Below are positions 1 to 8,882 of a stretch of DNA of 64,000 nucleotides, piece by piece. Below the pieces are notes generated by a model. It was not told the origin of the DNA. It saw only the letters and a program-made list of their open reading frames with translations, and ran no database searches. The stretch covers positions 30,471-94,470 of the forward strand of contig DKID01000016.1 of NCBI GenBank assembly GCA_002454045.1, read 5' to 3'. Numbering within the stretch: the stretch's first letter is position 1; every line of letters starts with the position of its first letter. This DNA comes from Nitrospina sp. UBA6727 (GTDB lineage: Bacteria > Nitrospinota > Nitrospinia > Nitrospinales > VA-1). The translations under genes were made by a program, and so were the position numbers.

Positions 1-1031
1 GCGGTAGAACGCGAACTGATAAACTTTTGCTGGTCGTATCCTTTGACCGCGTCCCAAGATTGGTCCGGGTACATTTCGATCAAGGGAAGGGCGACGTCGT
101 CCAGCATCCATCGGCCGTGGCGGATGTCTTCTCGAATATGAAGCGCCCAATAGCCAACGCCATCGCCGCCCATCGCCAATCGCTCGCCGGCCATCTTGGC
201 GTTTTGGAAAGCAGCGGGCACGGAAACTTCCGTGTATAGCAAACCGCCGACGTAACGCAAAAAATATTTCTTGCGCTCGGAAAGAAAAAAACTGTGGTTG
301 ATATTCGCCAGCACTTCCCACGGCGCGAGGTCGAAATAAACTTCCGGCGTGGCATCTAAACCGCATTCCTCCAGCATGGTTGCGAAGTGGGTGGAATGTT
401 TGCGCGACAACTTTCCGCCGCCATACTCCTCCCACAAAATTCGGGTCAGCGTTGTCTGCACTTTGTTTCCGACTCCGCCCAACATGCGGGAAAGTTGGCT
501 GGCTTCCACCAGTCCGTCCAAGGAAGCGATGGCTAGCAATCGCCGATACCCGGCTGCGGAAATTTCGTTGCGGATGAATAATTCGTCCGGCGAAGATTCG
601 GGGCGCAGGTCTTCCTCCACGCGAACGCGGAGAGCGTCGCTTACCCGCTGGGGATCACCGGAATCGCGCGGAACGCGGTTGCGTTCTTCCCAATCTTGCC
701 AGACATTTTCAATTTTCAAACGCAGGGAAAATAGGAAGCGGGAATCTTCGTTGGCGTAATTTTCCAACTTGTCATACCAGAACAACTTCAGCCGATTTAT
801 GCGGTATAAAATTCTTTGCAAAAATAGGTGGGCTTGAGGACGCCCCGACTCATCGCCGAACGCTTCCGACAAAGACGCCGCCAATTCCGATTCAAACTTT
901 TCAACCCTGCTTGGATTTTTGGCGACGACGCGGTCGAGATTTTGCAAACCTATCAACTCCGTGAATTCGTCCTCCAATTCCTGATAGGAAGAATCGAGGG
1001 CGACCAGATTCGTTTGTGAATTGAGGCGCAT
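1..1031 (-). CDS. Heme-oxygenase-like iron-containing redox enzyme family protein; C-terminus runs off the left edge
   Basis: Absent from the ORF track because no stop codon lies in the window. Manual translation from ATG at 1031..1029 is open all the way to position 1: MRLNSQTNLVALDSSYQELEDEF...ILWEEYGGGKLSRKHSTHFATMLEECGLD...LRYVGGLLYTEVSVPAAFQ...GYWALHIREDIRHGRWMLDDV. The E-x-x-H and H-x-x-D-x-x-H style ligand helices are typical of HO-like di-iron proteins. The ORF-track entries 80..355(-) and 349..759(+) are shadow frames of this gene. Confidence 0.6.
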   Translation of the reverse strand, partial: MRLNSQTNLVALDSSYQELEDEFTELIGLQNLDRVVAKNPSRVEKFESELAASLSEAFGDESGRPQAHLFLQRILYRINRLKLFWYDKLENYANEDSRFLFSLRLKIENVWQDWEERNRVPRDSGDPQRVSDALRVRVEEDLRPESSPDELFIRNEISAAGYRRLLAIASLDGLVEASQLSRMLGGVGNKVQTTLTRILWEEYGGGKLSRKHSTHFATMLEECGLDATPEVYFDLAPWEVLANINHSFFLSERKKYFLRYVGGLLYTEVSVPAAFQNAKMAGERLAMGGDGVGYWALHIREDIRHGRWMLDDVALPLIEMYPDQSWDAVKGYDQQKFISSRST

Positions 1032-1040
1032 AACTTGTTT

Positions 1041-1108
1041 GCAAAAAAATTAGAGGTCGATAAAAATATCTTGCGCGCGAAAATTTTCGCCGCGAAAAAG
1101 TTTACAAC
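1041..1108. repeat. Four tandem A/T-core, GC-flanked units (15-18 bp) between the proC stop and the start of the 1-1031 gene
   Basis: Units are gcaaaaaaattagaggtc / gataaaaatatcttgcgc / gcgaaaattttcgcc / gcgaaaaagtttacaac. They include the perfect 14-bp palindrome GCGAAAATTTTCGC at 1077-1090. Confidence 0.6.
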
Positions 1109-1953
1109 GCGGAGTCTTCGTCGCAGGCGATGCGGCCTAACTCGCGGGAACGCAGGGTGGCTTCTTCCACCGCGTTCATCAAAGTGGCGCGCAAACTTCC
1201 TGCTTCCAGAGCGTGTAGTCCGAAAATGGTAGTCCCCGCGGGGGAGGTGACCATGGCTTTGAGTTCGCCGGGATGTTTCCCGCTATCCCGCGCCAACTTC
1301 GCGGAGCCCAGCACCGTCTGAATGGTCAAGGTATTTGCCGCTTCGCGCGCGAGTCCCATTTTCACTCCCGCATCGGAGAGGGCTTCGATCAGCGTGAAAA
1401 TATAAGCCGGGCCGCTGCCGCTCAAACCCGTCACGGCGTCCAACTGGTCTTCGTCAACGGCGACGGTGCGCCCCACCGCTTCAAAAATACAGTGGGCGAT
1501 TTTCATATCCGTTACGCTGACATATTTACCGGCAGCGATGGCCGTCACTCCTTCCTGAACTAGCGCTGGAGTGTTGGGCATGGTACGCACCACGCTGAAC
1601 TTGCTATTTTTATTGTTGCGCAAGGCTCTATCGATGATGGCGATGGGAACTCCCGCGGCGACGGAGATAACTAGAGGGGCGCGATTCATCGACAACCGAA
1701 TGTCAACCAGCACCTCGCGCAAAATCTGCGGCTTGACCGCGAGAACGAGGACGTCGCATTTCTTCACCACTTCACGGTTGTCGGCGCTGACGACGATTTT
1801 GTATTTTGCGCGCAAAGTTTTTCTCTTTGCCGCCAATGGTTCCGCGACAAAAATATTTTTCGCCGCGATGAACGAGGCGGAAAGCAGACCGTGGATCATG
1901 GCTTCCGCCATGTTGCCGCCGCCGATGAATCCGAGTTTTTTATTTTTCAGCAC
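1102..1953 (-). CDS. proC: Pyrroline-5-carboxylate reductase
   Basis: Motifs KLGFIGGGNMAEAMIHGLL (Rossmann) and a ProC-type C-terminus GHPGELKAMVTSPAGTT. The ORF-track start is a TTG at 1974. A GTG at 1953 is preceded by AAGGAG (1968..1963) with a 9-nt spacer, so I prefer it. Confidence 0.9.
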   Translation of the reverse strand: MLKNKKLGFIGGGNMAEAMIHGLLSASFIAAKNIFVAEPLAAKRKTLRAKYKIVVSADNREVVKKCDVLVLAVKPQILREVLVDIRLSMNRAPLVISVAAGVPIAIIDRALRNNKNSKFSVVRTMPNTPALVQEGVTAIAAGKYVSVTDMKIAHCIFEAVGRTVAVDEDQLDAVTGLSGSGPAYIFTLIEALSDAGVKMGLAREAANTLTIQTVLGSAKLARDSGKHPGELKAMVTSPAGTTIFGLHALEAGSLRATLMNAVEEATLRSRELGRIACDEDSAL

Positions 1954-1974
1954 GATGATAATCTCCTTGAACAA

Positions 1975-2703
1975 CTAATTCGCCGGGACTAAAAAAGTTT
2001 TTCTATTTGCGTTGCCATCGGCTTTTGAACGGGAACCAAAAATCGCGGTGCCGACGCGAACCAGCGTCGCGCCCTCTTCGACCGCAATCTCAAAATCGTT
2101 GGTCATGCCCATGGAAAGTTCGCGGAGGGAATGCCGATTCTGTTTTTCGCATCGGTCGCGAAATTCCCGCAACCGTGAAAAATGCTGGCGGGAATTTTCC
2201 GGGTCGGGATGATACGGCGGAATGGTCATCAGCCCTTCGATGCGAATCCCCCGCAAACGGGAAAAAGCAATCATCTGTTTTTCCAATTCGCCCGGCGCCA
2301 TCCCGAATTTTGCAGCCTCGCCTGCAACATTGACTTGCAACAAAACCGACTGCACTCGGTTTTCCGCCCGGCACTGCTGCGCAATTTTTTCCGCCAGTTC
2401 CAAACTGTCCACCGAATGAATCAAGTCGAAACGTCCATCGAGAAACTTGACTTTGTTCTTTTGTAAGTGACCGATGAAATGCCAGGCAATTCCTTCCGCC
2501 GCCATCTGCTCGACTTTGGGAATCGCTTCCTGAATTTTATTTTCCCCGAACGTCATCGCCCCGGCAATCCGAGCCTCCTCAATTTGATCCACACCCACCT
2601 GTTTGGAAACGGCAATCAGGCGAACGCTATCGGAATTTCTCCCCGACTTTTTGGCGGCTTGAGAAATTCGTTCCCGGACTTCAGCGAGATTTTCAGCGAT
2701 CAA
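1975..2703 (-). CDS. yggS: YggS-family pyridoxal-phosphate homeostasis protein
   Basis: 242 aa. LIAVSKQ carries the PLP lysine; also HFIGHLQKNKVK and SMGMTNDFEIAVEEGATLVRVGTAIFG. Its stop abuts the proC region. Confidence 0.9.
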   Translation of the reverse strand: MIAENLAEVRERISQAAKKSGRNSDSVRLIAVSKQVGVDQIEEARIAGAMTFGENKIQEAIPKVEQMAAEGIAWHFIGHLQKNKVKFLDGRFDLIHSVDSLELAEKIAQQCRAENRVQSVLLQVNVAGEAAKFGMAPGELEKQMIAFSRLRGIRIEGLMTIPPYHPDPENSRQHFSRLREFRDRCEKQNRHSLRELSMGMTNDFEIAVEEGATLVRVGTAIFGSRSKADGNANRKTFLVPAN

Positions 2704-2884
2704 TGGAAGTTGGCCTCAAGCGGAAAAATTTGCAATCAATAAAGAGCTTGCCCCGCTTGCCGATGCGGACGATGTTCTCAACGCGACGACCGGGAATATT
2801 ACCGCACGGCGATGGAAAATTCCAATAAAGTTCGCCGCCGGGAGTAATCCCGCAACCTTTACAAAAATTTGGAAATCCGATACC

Positions 2885-4294
2885 GTGCGAGTCATGACCG
2901 CTCCGAAAATTTTTTTGGTTTTCCTGCTCGCCGTGTCGTGCTCCACGACGCAAAAGTCCAGCACAACGCGCACGATGCAAGAGTCTGGCGCGACGCGAAA
3001 GATTATAGACGTTGCATCCGAAGTGAACACGTTTCTTTCCACTCAAAATCCCGCGGTGGAAAACCAAGTGTTGGCGCGTTTGAAATCGATTCGCGTCTCA
3101 AACGAAACCATCAAATCCATTCTCCGCGCGCGGGGGAAAAAGGCGGCGGGCTTCGTCGGTCTGCAAAAAAATTTGCAGCACAAACACAACGGGGAAAATT
3201 ATCCCTACGCTTTGTTTCTTCCAGAGCCGTCGCCGTCATCACCGTCACCGTCGTCGCGGGCGGATGAAAAAATCCCGCTCATCGTTGTCCTTCATGGACT
3301 AGGCGGCAACGGGGCAAACACGATTCCCGCCTGGGTCGAGCGCTTGAACAAAGAGTTTGCGGTGCTATGCCCAACTTATCCGATGGCGGCGTGGTGGACG
3401 CGGCACGCCGAGAAAATGGTGCTCAGTCTCATCGACCAACTTCGCGCGCGATACAATCTGGATTCGGACCGAATTTTTCTCGCCGGGTTGTCCAACGGCG
3501 CCATCGGCACGTACATGATCGGCATGTTTTATCCCGACCGCTTCGCCGGTTTGATTCCCATCGCCGGTAGCATCACGCCGCGGTACATGCATTTTCTCGT
3601 GAACCTTCGCAACACGCCGATTTATATAATCCACGGCGCGCACGATCCATTTTTTCCCATCCAACTTAGTCGGCGGATTCACAAAATTCTTTTTGACATG
3701 AAATATCCCGTCACCTACCGAGAGCACGGGGAACGGGGGCAAGCGCACGCGGGACATTTCCTGCCCGAGTCGGAAGTGCCCGCCATGGCGGAATGGATTC
3801 GCAAGCAGAAGCGGCGGCGAAATCCCGCCGTCATCCGCATGACCCGCGAAGGCAATCATCTCGGAGCGATTCACTGGGCGCGGCTAGTTCAGGGGCGAAA
3901 CCTCGCGTTGCTGGAACTGCCCGGGCCGGAAAATCCGCAGCCGGTTAAACGGGACGGCAAAGTCGCCACGCTGTTCGCCGCGCGCAAAGGTCATAATATT
4001 TTTGAAGTGATGACGGAGCACGCCATCAAATATGATTTGTACTTCAACACCGAAACCATTGACTTTGACGCGCCCGTCACCATCACCACCCAAAAAATTC
4101 AGGTGCAAGGCGACAAGTTAATCCGCGGCGAAAAGGAAACCAGTTATAAAAGGAAAGTGGAAAAAGACATCGCCGTCCTCCTGCGCGGGTACAAAAATTC
4201 CCGCGACCTCAACCGTCTTTACGACGGCCGCGTGCGCATCCTGCTCGAGCCAACGTTGGTGCAATCCGCGACACACCCCTCCATATTTTTTTGA
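2885..4294 (+). CDS. Secreted or lipoprotein alpha/beta-hydrolase (esterase, PHB-depolymerase-like family) with an extra C-terminal domain
   Basis: Signal-like N-terminus ending LLAVSC, HGLGGNG, nucleophile elbow GLSNG, and IIHGAHDPFFP. The start could be GTG 2885 or ATG 2894. Confidence 0.7.
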   Translation: MRVMTAPKIFLVFLLAVSCSTTQKSSTTRTMQESGATRKIIDVASEVNTFLSTQNPAVENQVLARLKSIRVSNETIKSILRARGKKAAGFVGLQKNLQHKHNGENYPYALFLPEPSPSSPSPSSRADEKIPLIVVLHGLGGNGANTIPAWVERLNKEFAVLCPTYPMAAWWTRHAEKMVLSLIDQLRARYNLDSDRIFLAGLSNGAIGTYMIGMFYPDRFAGLIPIAGSITPRYMHFLVNLRNTPIYIIHGAHDPFFPIQLSRRIHKILFDMKYPVTYREHGERGQAHAGHFLPESEVPAMAEWIRKQKRRRNPAVIRMTREGNHLGAIHWARLVQGRNLALLELPGPENPQPVKRDGKVATLFAARKGHNIFEVMTEHAIKYDLYFNTETIDFDAPVTITTQKIQVQGDKLIRGEKETSYKRKVEKDIAVLLRGYKNSRDLNRLYDGRVRILLEPTLVQSATHPSIFF

Positions 4295-4295
4295 C

Positions 4296-4370
4296 CCGCC
4301 GCCGCGGCGCGATGATGACGCTGGTATCGGCGTTCGCGGCGACAGTGACGACGCAACGCCCGCCGTCGCC
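4296..4370 (+). repeat. G+C-rich word repeat (GCGGCGCGATGATGACG ... GACAGTGACGACGCAACG) immediately after the hydrolase stop
   Basis: Shares the words gcggcgcgatgac, cgcaacg and gtgacg with copies at 23976-24052, 33929-33983, 39859-39906, 59488-59530 and 60979-61040. Confidence 0.6.
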
Positions 4371-4471
4371 GTCATTCCAACGAAAGTTGGAATCCAGTCA
4401 TCCGTCCTGCGCAACGGGACACGGCTGACGCCGCGCATGTTTCGCTGGATTCCTGCTTCCGCAGGAATGAC
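4371..4471. repeat. Inverted pair of REP-like palindromic elements (GTCATTCC-N11-GGAATCCAG) between convergent genes
   Basis: Copy 1 on plus, 4371-4397: gtcaTTCCAACgaaaGTTGGAAtccag, a 7-bp stem with a GAAA loop. Copy 2 inverted, 4445-4471: ctggATTCCTGCttccGCAGGAATgac, an 8-bp stem. The spurious ORF 4118..4438(-) translates them as WIPTFVGMT. Confidence 0.75.
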
Positions 4472-4481
4472 GGGCGCGGGG

Positions 4482-5888
4482 CTAGAGGCGGGGGATGCGG
4501 ATTTTGAAACGGGTGCCGATGTCTAGTTTGCTTTCGACTTCTATTTTACCTTTGTGGGCTTCGGCGATGTGTTTGCAGATGCTGAGTCCTAAACCGCTAC
4601 CGCCTTCGGCGCGGCACCGGGATTTATCGACGCGGTAGAATCGGTCGAAAATTGCGGGCAGGTTTTTTTCTGGTATGCCGATGCCGGTATCTTGTATCGA
4701 TAACAGCGCGAACTTTCCTTCGTCCTGCAGTGAAACTTTTAACTCGCCTCCCGGCGGCGTGTATTTGATGCCGTTGTGTAAAATGTTCCAGACCATTTGC
4801 CGCAGCCGTACTTCGTCGCCGTTGATTTTCACCGACTTGAGAAACGCGATGATGATGCGAATGTTTTTGTCGCCGGCCAACACTTCGGCGTGTTTGCACA
4901 CTTCTTCCACTAGGTCTCGAAGTTCCATCGGCTTGCAGTTCAGGTGAATCTGGTTTTCGTCGGACGTGGAGAGGATGAACAAGTCTTCTAGCACTTTGGA
5001 CATGTAGTTAATTTCTTCGAGATTGCTGGCGATCACTTCCTGATACTCTTTCGGGTCGCGCGGTTTGCTCAACACCAATTCGTTCTGCCCTTTCAAAACC
5101 GTCAGCGGAGTTCTCAATTCATGCGAAGCGTCGCTGCTGAACTGCCGCATCTGGGCGAATGAGTTTTCCAACCGGTTCATCATTTCGTTGAAAGTCAAAG
5201 CCAGTTGACCTAGTTCGTCCTGAATTTTAAACACGGGGATGCGCTGGTTCAACTCTTGTCCCTGCCCGATATCGCGGGCGGTCTGGATGATTTTGGATAT
5301 AGGTTTCAGGGCGCGGCGTGCCATGAACCGCACGAACAATGCGACGAGAGCGAGCACGGAAGGGACGGCGGTGAACAGGAGGATCCGCAGGTTCCGCAGA
5401 GTTTCTTGCACCGCTTCCAATGAAGTTCCCACTTGCACCAAATTGACCAATTCCTTTTCCCGCAAAATAGGCATGGTGACAACGCGAATCGGATGCTTGC
5501 CGTCCACGATAAATGTTTCGTAGGATTTTAATCCTTTGAGAGCGTTGGCGTAAGCGGCTTGGGATAACGGGAACTTGGAGGCGTCGATATTTTTGGACCG
5601 AGACCCGACGTTGCCGGAGCCGTCGTAAATTCTGTAGAACTTGTTGAGATTGCCGGCGCCGGTGAACCGCTCGAAAAATCGGTCGAGCCCGGGCAACGAC
5701 AGACGGTTAAATTTCATCACCACCGAGGTGGTGACGACGGTGGCCGAAACGGTGAGAGAGTTGTCGACGCTTTCGTAAAGACGTTTGGAAAGGAAATAGT
5801 TGAGGAAGACGCTGAACAGGATGAGGATGATGCCCAGCAACGTGACGTACCAGGCGGTCAATCTGGCTCGAATGGATTTGAAAGCCAT
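4482..5888 (-). CDS. Sensor histidine kinase with two TM helices, a periplasmic loop, HAMP, HisKA and HATPase domains; heavy-metal (CusS/CopS)-like
   Basis: 468 aa. H-box SSDASHELRTPLT, N-box NILHNGIKYTP, G-boxes IQDTGIGIP and GGSGLGLSI. Confidence 0.9.
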   Translation of the reverse strand: MAFKSIRARLTAWYVTLLGIILILFSVFLNYFLSKRLYESVDNSLTVSATVVTTSVVMKFNRLSLPGLDRFFERFTGAGNLNKFYRIYDGSGNVGSRSKNIDASKFPLSQAAYANALKGLKSYETFIVDGKHPIRVVTMPILREKELVNLVQVGTSLEAVQETLRNLRILLFTAVPSVLALVALFVRFMARRALKPISKIIQTARDIGQGQELNQRIPVFKIQDELGQLALTFNEMMNRLENSFAQMRQFSSDASHELRTPLTVLKGQNELVLSKPRDPKEYQEVIASNLEEINYMSKVLEDLFILSTSDENQIHLNCKPMELRDLVEEVCKHAEVLAGDKNIRIIIAFLKSVKINGDEVRLRQMVWNILHNGIKYTPPGGELKVSLQDEGKFALLSIQDTGIGIPEKNLPAIFDRFYRVDKSRCRAEGGSGLGLSICKHIAEAHKGKIEVESKLDIGTRFKIRIPRL

Positions 5889-5890
5889 GA

Positions 5891-6559
5891 CTATTCTTTC
5901 ATGACGTATCCAACGCCCCGGAGGGTGTGCAAAAGTTTTGGGGAATAATTTTTATCGATTTTTTTTCTCAAGTGGTTGACGTAAACATCGATCACGTTGG
6001 TGAAGGTGTCGAAATTATAATCCCAGACATGTTCGGCGATCATCGTTCTCGTCAGCACTTTTTCTCGGTTCCGCAGGAAATATTCGAGCAGGCTGTATTC
6101 TTTTCCGGTGAGTTCAATTTCATGGTCTTCGCGTTTCACTTTGTGGCTGACCAAATCCATGGTCAAGTCGGCAATCTTCAGTATCGTCATGACTTCGACC
6201 TTCCCTCTGCGAAGCAGGACGTGGATTCTGGCTAGCAGTTCCGAAAAAGCGAAAGGCTTGGTCAGGTAGTCGTCGGCGCCTTTGTTGAGTCCCGCCACTT
6301 TGTCTTTCACGGAATCTTTGGCGGTGAGGAGGAGGATGGGGGTTTCAACCTTACGGTCTCGCAGCGTTGACAAAACTTCCAGTCCGTCAATTTTAGGTAG
6401 CATGAGGTCGAGAATAATCAGGTCGTACTGATTCTGCTCCCCGAACAGCAACCCCTCTTCTCCATCGATGGCGACGTCCACGGCGTATGTTTCTTCTTCA
6501 AGACCTTTCTTGATGAAGCCGGAAACTTTTTTTTCATCCTCCACGATTAAAATACGCAT
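5891..6559 (-). CDS. OmpR-family response regulator, CusR/CopR-like
   Basis: MRILIVEDEKK...DLIILDLMLPKIDG...LLLTAKD...GADDYLTKPFAFSELLARI, followed by a winged-helix C-terminus LRGVGYVM. Confidence 0.92.
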   Translation of the reverse strand: MRILIVEDEKKVSGFIKKGLEEETYAVDVAIDGEEGLLFGEQNQYDLIILDLMLPKIDGLEVLSTLRDRKVETPILLLTAKDSVKDKVAGLNKGADDYLTKPFAFSELLARIHVLLRRGKVEVMTILKIADLTMDLVSHKVKREDHEIELTGKEYSLLEYFLRNREKVLTRTMIAEHVWDYNFDTFTNVIDVYVNHLRKKIDKNYSPKLLHTLRGVGYVMKE

Positions 6560-6778
6560 TTAGCCATCCCACTTCTTTTGGACTTTGTGAAGCTCTATTT
6601 CTCCTTTCAACATTTCAATGTGTTTTTCACAATCCTTTTGGATCGCGGAATACATCGCGCGGCAACTTTCATCGTTGGCATCGATCATGGCTTGCTTGCA
6701 TATCTTCACCGCCTCATGGGAGCCTTCCAAAGCTTGCAGAATATTCTCGTTGAATTTTTCGCTCATGCTTGATTCCAA
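6560..6778 (-). CDS. Small helical Cys/His-containing protein of unknown function, first gene of the two-component operon
   Basis: 68-72 aa. Start is TTG 6778 or ATG 6766. Three Cys and three His, no signal peptide. Its TAA stop (6562..6560) is directly followed by the regulator ATG (6559). Confidence 0.55.
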   Translation of the reverse strand: MESSMSEKFNENILQALEGSHEAVKICKQAMIDANDESCRAMYSAIQKDCEKHIEMLKGEIELHKVQKKWDG

Positions 6779-6914
6779 GTGACAAGTGTTTTGATTTCCA
6801 TTCTATCACTAATTCCTCTTGCCGGTTCCAACGGTTTTTACGAAACCGCCGCGTGACTTTTACCATTTTCATTCCGTTGCAGAGCCAACAAAACTTCGCC
6901 CGCATATCCAGTAC

Positions 6915-7160
6915 TCAATCGCTTCTTTCAGTCAGTTCCCGGCCGAAGAGGAGTTTTATCAGAATGATTCCCAGCGCCGCGCCGATGATTGGCAAGGCAT
7001 TGATCAACTCGAGAAGGTATTCCCCAAGGACACCAAAGTTACGAATCAAGAAACCGGCGAACTTCACCCCAGACTGGTCGAGCCAGTAAAAAATAAGGTT
7101 GATGCCCGTCCCGCAGATAAATCCTATGAAAGCTCCAAAAGCATAATACGTATATTTCAC
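6915..7160 (-). CDS. Small hydrophobic membrane protein, unknown function
   Basis: 81 aa with a GTG start. Two or three predicted TM segments (AFGAFIGFICGTGINLIFYW, ALPIIGAALGIILIKLLF). Confidence 0.45.
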   Translation of the reverse strand: MKYTYYAFGAFIGFICGTGINLIFYWLDQSGVKFAGFLIRNFGVLGEYLLELINALPIIGAALGIILIKLLFGRELTERSD

Positions 7161-7337
7161 GATTGATTCCCGCCGATGATGGAAAGCATTCGTCCTGATT
7201 TAATTCGCAAAGGTGACAGGACTTGGACCGTGCTGGTAAAATATTATCAAGATTTATTATACATACCTTTGCTCCATTTTTTAATCATTGGGAAATGAAA
7301 TGAAACTCGCAAACGCAACGGTCGCGCGGGACGGTGC

Positions 7338-7367
7338 TTGACGGGAGTGCCGTCGGATGATTAAAAT
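7338..7367 (+). promoter_or_regulatory. Candidate sigma70-type promoter for gatB
   Basis: TTGACG (7338-7343), 18-nt spacer, TAAAAT (7362-7367), about 80 nt upstream of the gatB ATG. Confidence 0.4.
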
Positions 7368-7445
7368 CAAGGCGAGTTGAAAAACCTCCGCAAACTCCGA
7401 CGTAGTTCTTGCCGGACAACAAACGAAAAGATACAGGTTCCCGCG

Positions 7446-8882
7446 ATGAAGTACGAGACTGTCATTGGGCTGGAAGTTCACGTCCAAATCAAAACCAAAA
7501 CGAAAATTTTTTGTTCCTGCCCCGCAGAATTTGGCGCGCGTCCGAATGAAAATACCTGTCCGATTTGTTTGGGAATGCCGGGAGTTCTTCCCGTTTTGAA
7601 TAAGCGTTTTCTCGAATTATCCATGAAGGCCTGTCTGGCGACCCATTGCACGGTTGAACCGATGAATCGTTTCGCGAGGAAAAATTATTTTTATCCCGAC
7701 TTGCCCAAGGGTTACCAAATCTCCCAATTCGAATTTCCTTTAGGAACGAACGGGTATATCAATATCAATATTAACGGCGCCAAAAAAAGAATCAGATTGA
7801 CCCGCATTCACATGGAGGAGGATGCGGGAAAGTTGATCCACGGGGAAAACTTGGGAAGTCCGGGCAAGAGCTATGTCGACTTTAATCGAACCGGCGTCCC
7901 GCTGTGCGAAGTGGTTAGCGAGCCTGACTTACGTTCTGCCGAAGAAGCCCGCGCCTACTTGGTCGAGTTGAAATCCATTTTGGAATACACCGAAGTCAGC
8001 GATTGCAACATGGAGGAAGGAAGCCTGCGTTGCGACGCGAATGTCTCCGTCCGTCCCGTTGGACAAAAAGAGTTTGGCACGCGGACAGAATTGAAAAATC
8101 TTAATTCCTTCAAATTCATCCAGAAAGCCATCGAGTATGAGGTCGCCCGACAGACCGCGCTTTTGGACGGCGGTGATGCTATAAAACAAGAGACGCGCCT
8201 TTATGACGCAGACCGCGGCGAAACATTTTCCATGCGGAGCAAAGAGGAGGCGCACGATTACCGCTATTTTCCTGACCCGGACTTGGTTCCCATAAAAATC
8301 GATAAGGCGTGGGTGGAAAAAATACGCAAAACCGTTCCCGAACTTCCCGAACAAAAACGCGAGCGTTTCATCAAAAATTATGGAATCCCCGAATACGACA
8401 CCGGGATTTTAACTTCCTCAAAATCGCTCGCGGATTACTTCGAGCAATGCGTTGCCTTATTCCCTCATCCCAAAACCATCAGCAACTGGATGATGGGCGA
8501 CCTCTTGCGGGAATTGAAAAAAGATGGCGGGGACATCGCAGACTGCCCGGTTTCTCCTTCCGCGTTGGTAGATATGCTTAAGCTGATCGAGTCGGGAACG
8601 ATAAGCGGCAGCATCGCCAAAGGAGTCCTTGAAGAAATGTACCGCACGCAAAAATCCGCAAGCAGCATCGTTGAAGAAAAAGGGCTGAAGCAAATTACCG
8701 ATAGTTCTGCCATAGAAAAAATAGTGGACGAAGTGATACAAGCCAATCCCCGTCAGGTTGAAGAGTTCAAGGGAGGCAAAGAAAAAGTCCTCGGTTTTCT
8801 GGTAGGTCAGGTCATGAAAGCAAGCAAAGGGAAAACCAATCCGGGCATGGTCAACAAATTACTTAAGGAAAAAATAGGGTGA
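7446..8882 (+). CDS. gatB: Asp/Glu-tRNA amidotransferase subunit B
   Basis: [14 protein letters not shown]..., [13 protein letters not shown], and a YqeY-like C-terminus. The ORF-track start at 7377 adds 23 non-homologous residues, so the true ATG is at 7446. Confidence 0.95.
   Translation: MKYETVIGLEVHVQIKTKTKIFCSCPAEFGARPNENTCPICLGMPGVLPVLNKRFLELSMKACLATHCTVEPMNRFARKNYFYPDLPKGYQISQFEFPLGTNGYINININGAKKRIRLTRIHMEEDAGKLIHGENLGSPGKSYVDFNRTGVPLCEVVSEPDLRSAEEARAYLVELKSILEYTEVSDCNMEEGSLRCDANVSVRPVGQKEFGTRTELKNLNSFKFIQKAIEYEVARQTALLDGGDAIKQETRLYDADRGETFSMRSKEEAHDYRYFPDPDLVPIKIDKAWVEKIRKTVPELPEQKRERFIKNYGIPEYDTGILTSSKSLADYFEQCVALFPHPKTISNWMMGDLLRELKKDGGDIADCPVSPSALVDMLKLIESGTISGSIAKGVLEEMYRTQKSASSIVEEKGLKQITDSSAIEKIVDEVIQANPRQVEEFKGGKEKVLGFLVGQVMKASKGKTNPGMVNKLLKEKIG

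Noticed and set aside
80-759. ORF-track entries 80..355(-) and 349..759(+)
   Set aside because: They are shadow frames of the edge-truncated minus-strand gene at 1-1031, which is open throughout and has family-like motifs.
4118-4438. 106-aa minus-strand ORF
   Set aside because: It is a translation of the REP-like hairpins and G+C-rich words (WIPTFVGMT...). This is a typical spurious repeat-derived ORF between convergent genes.
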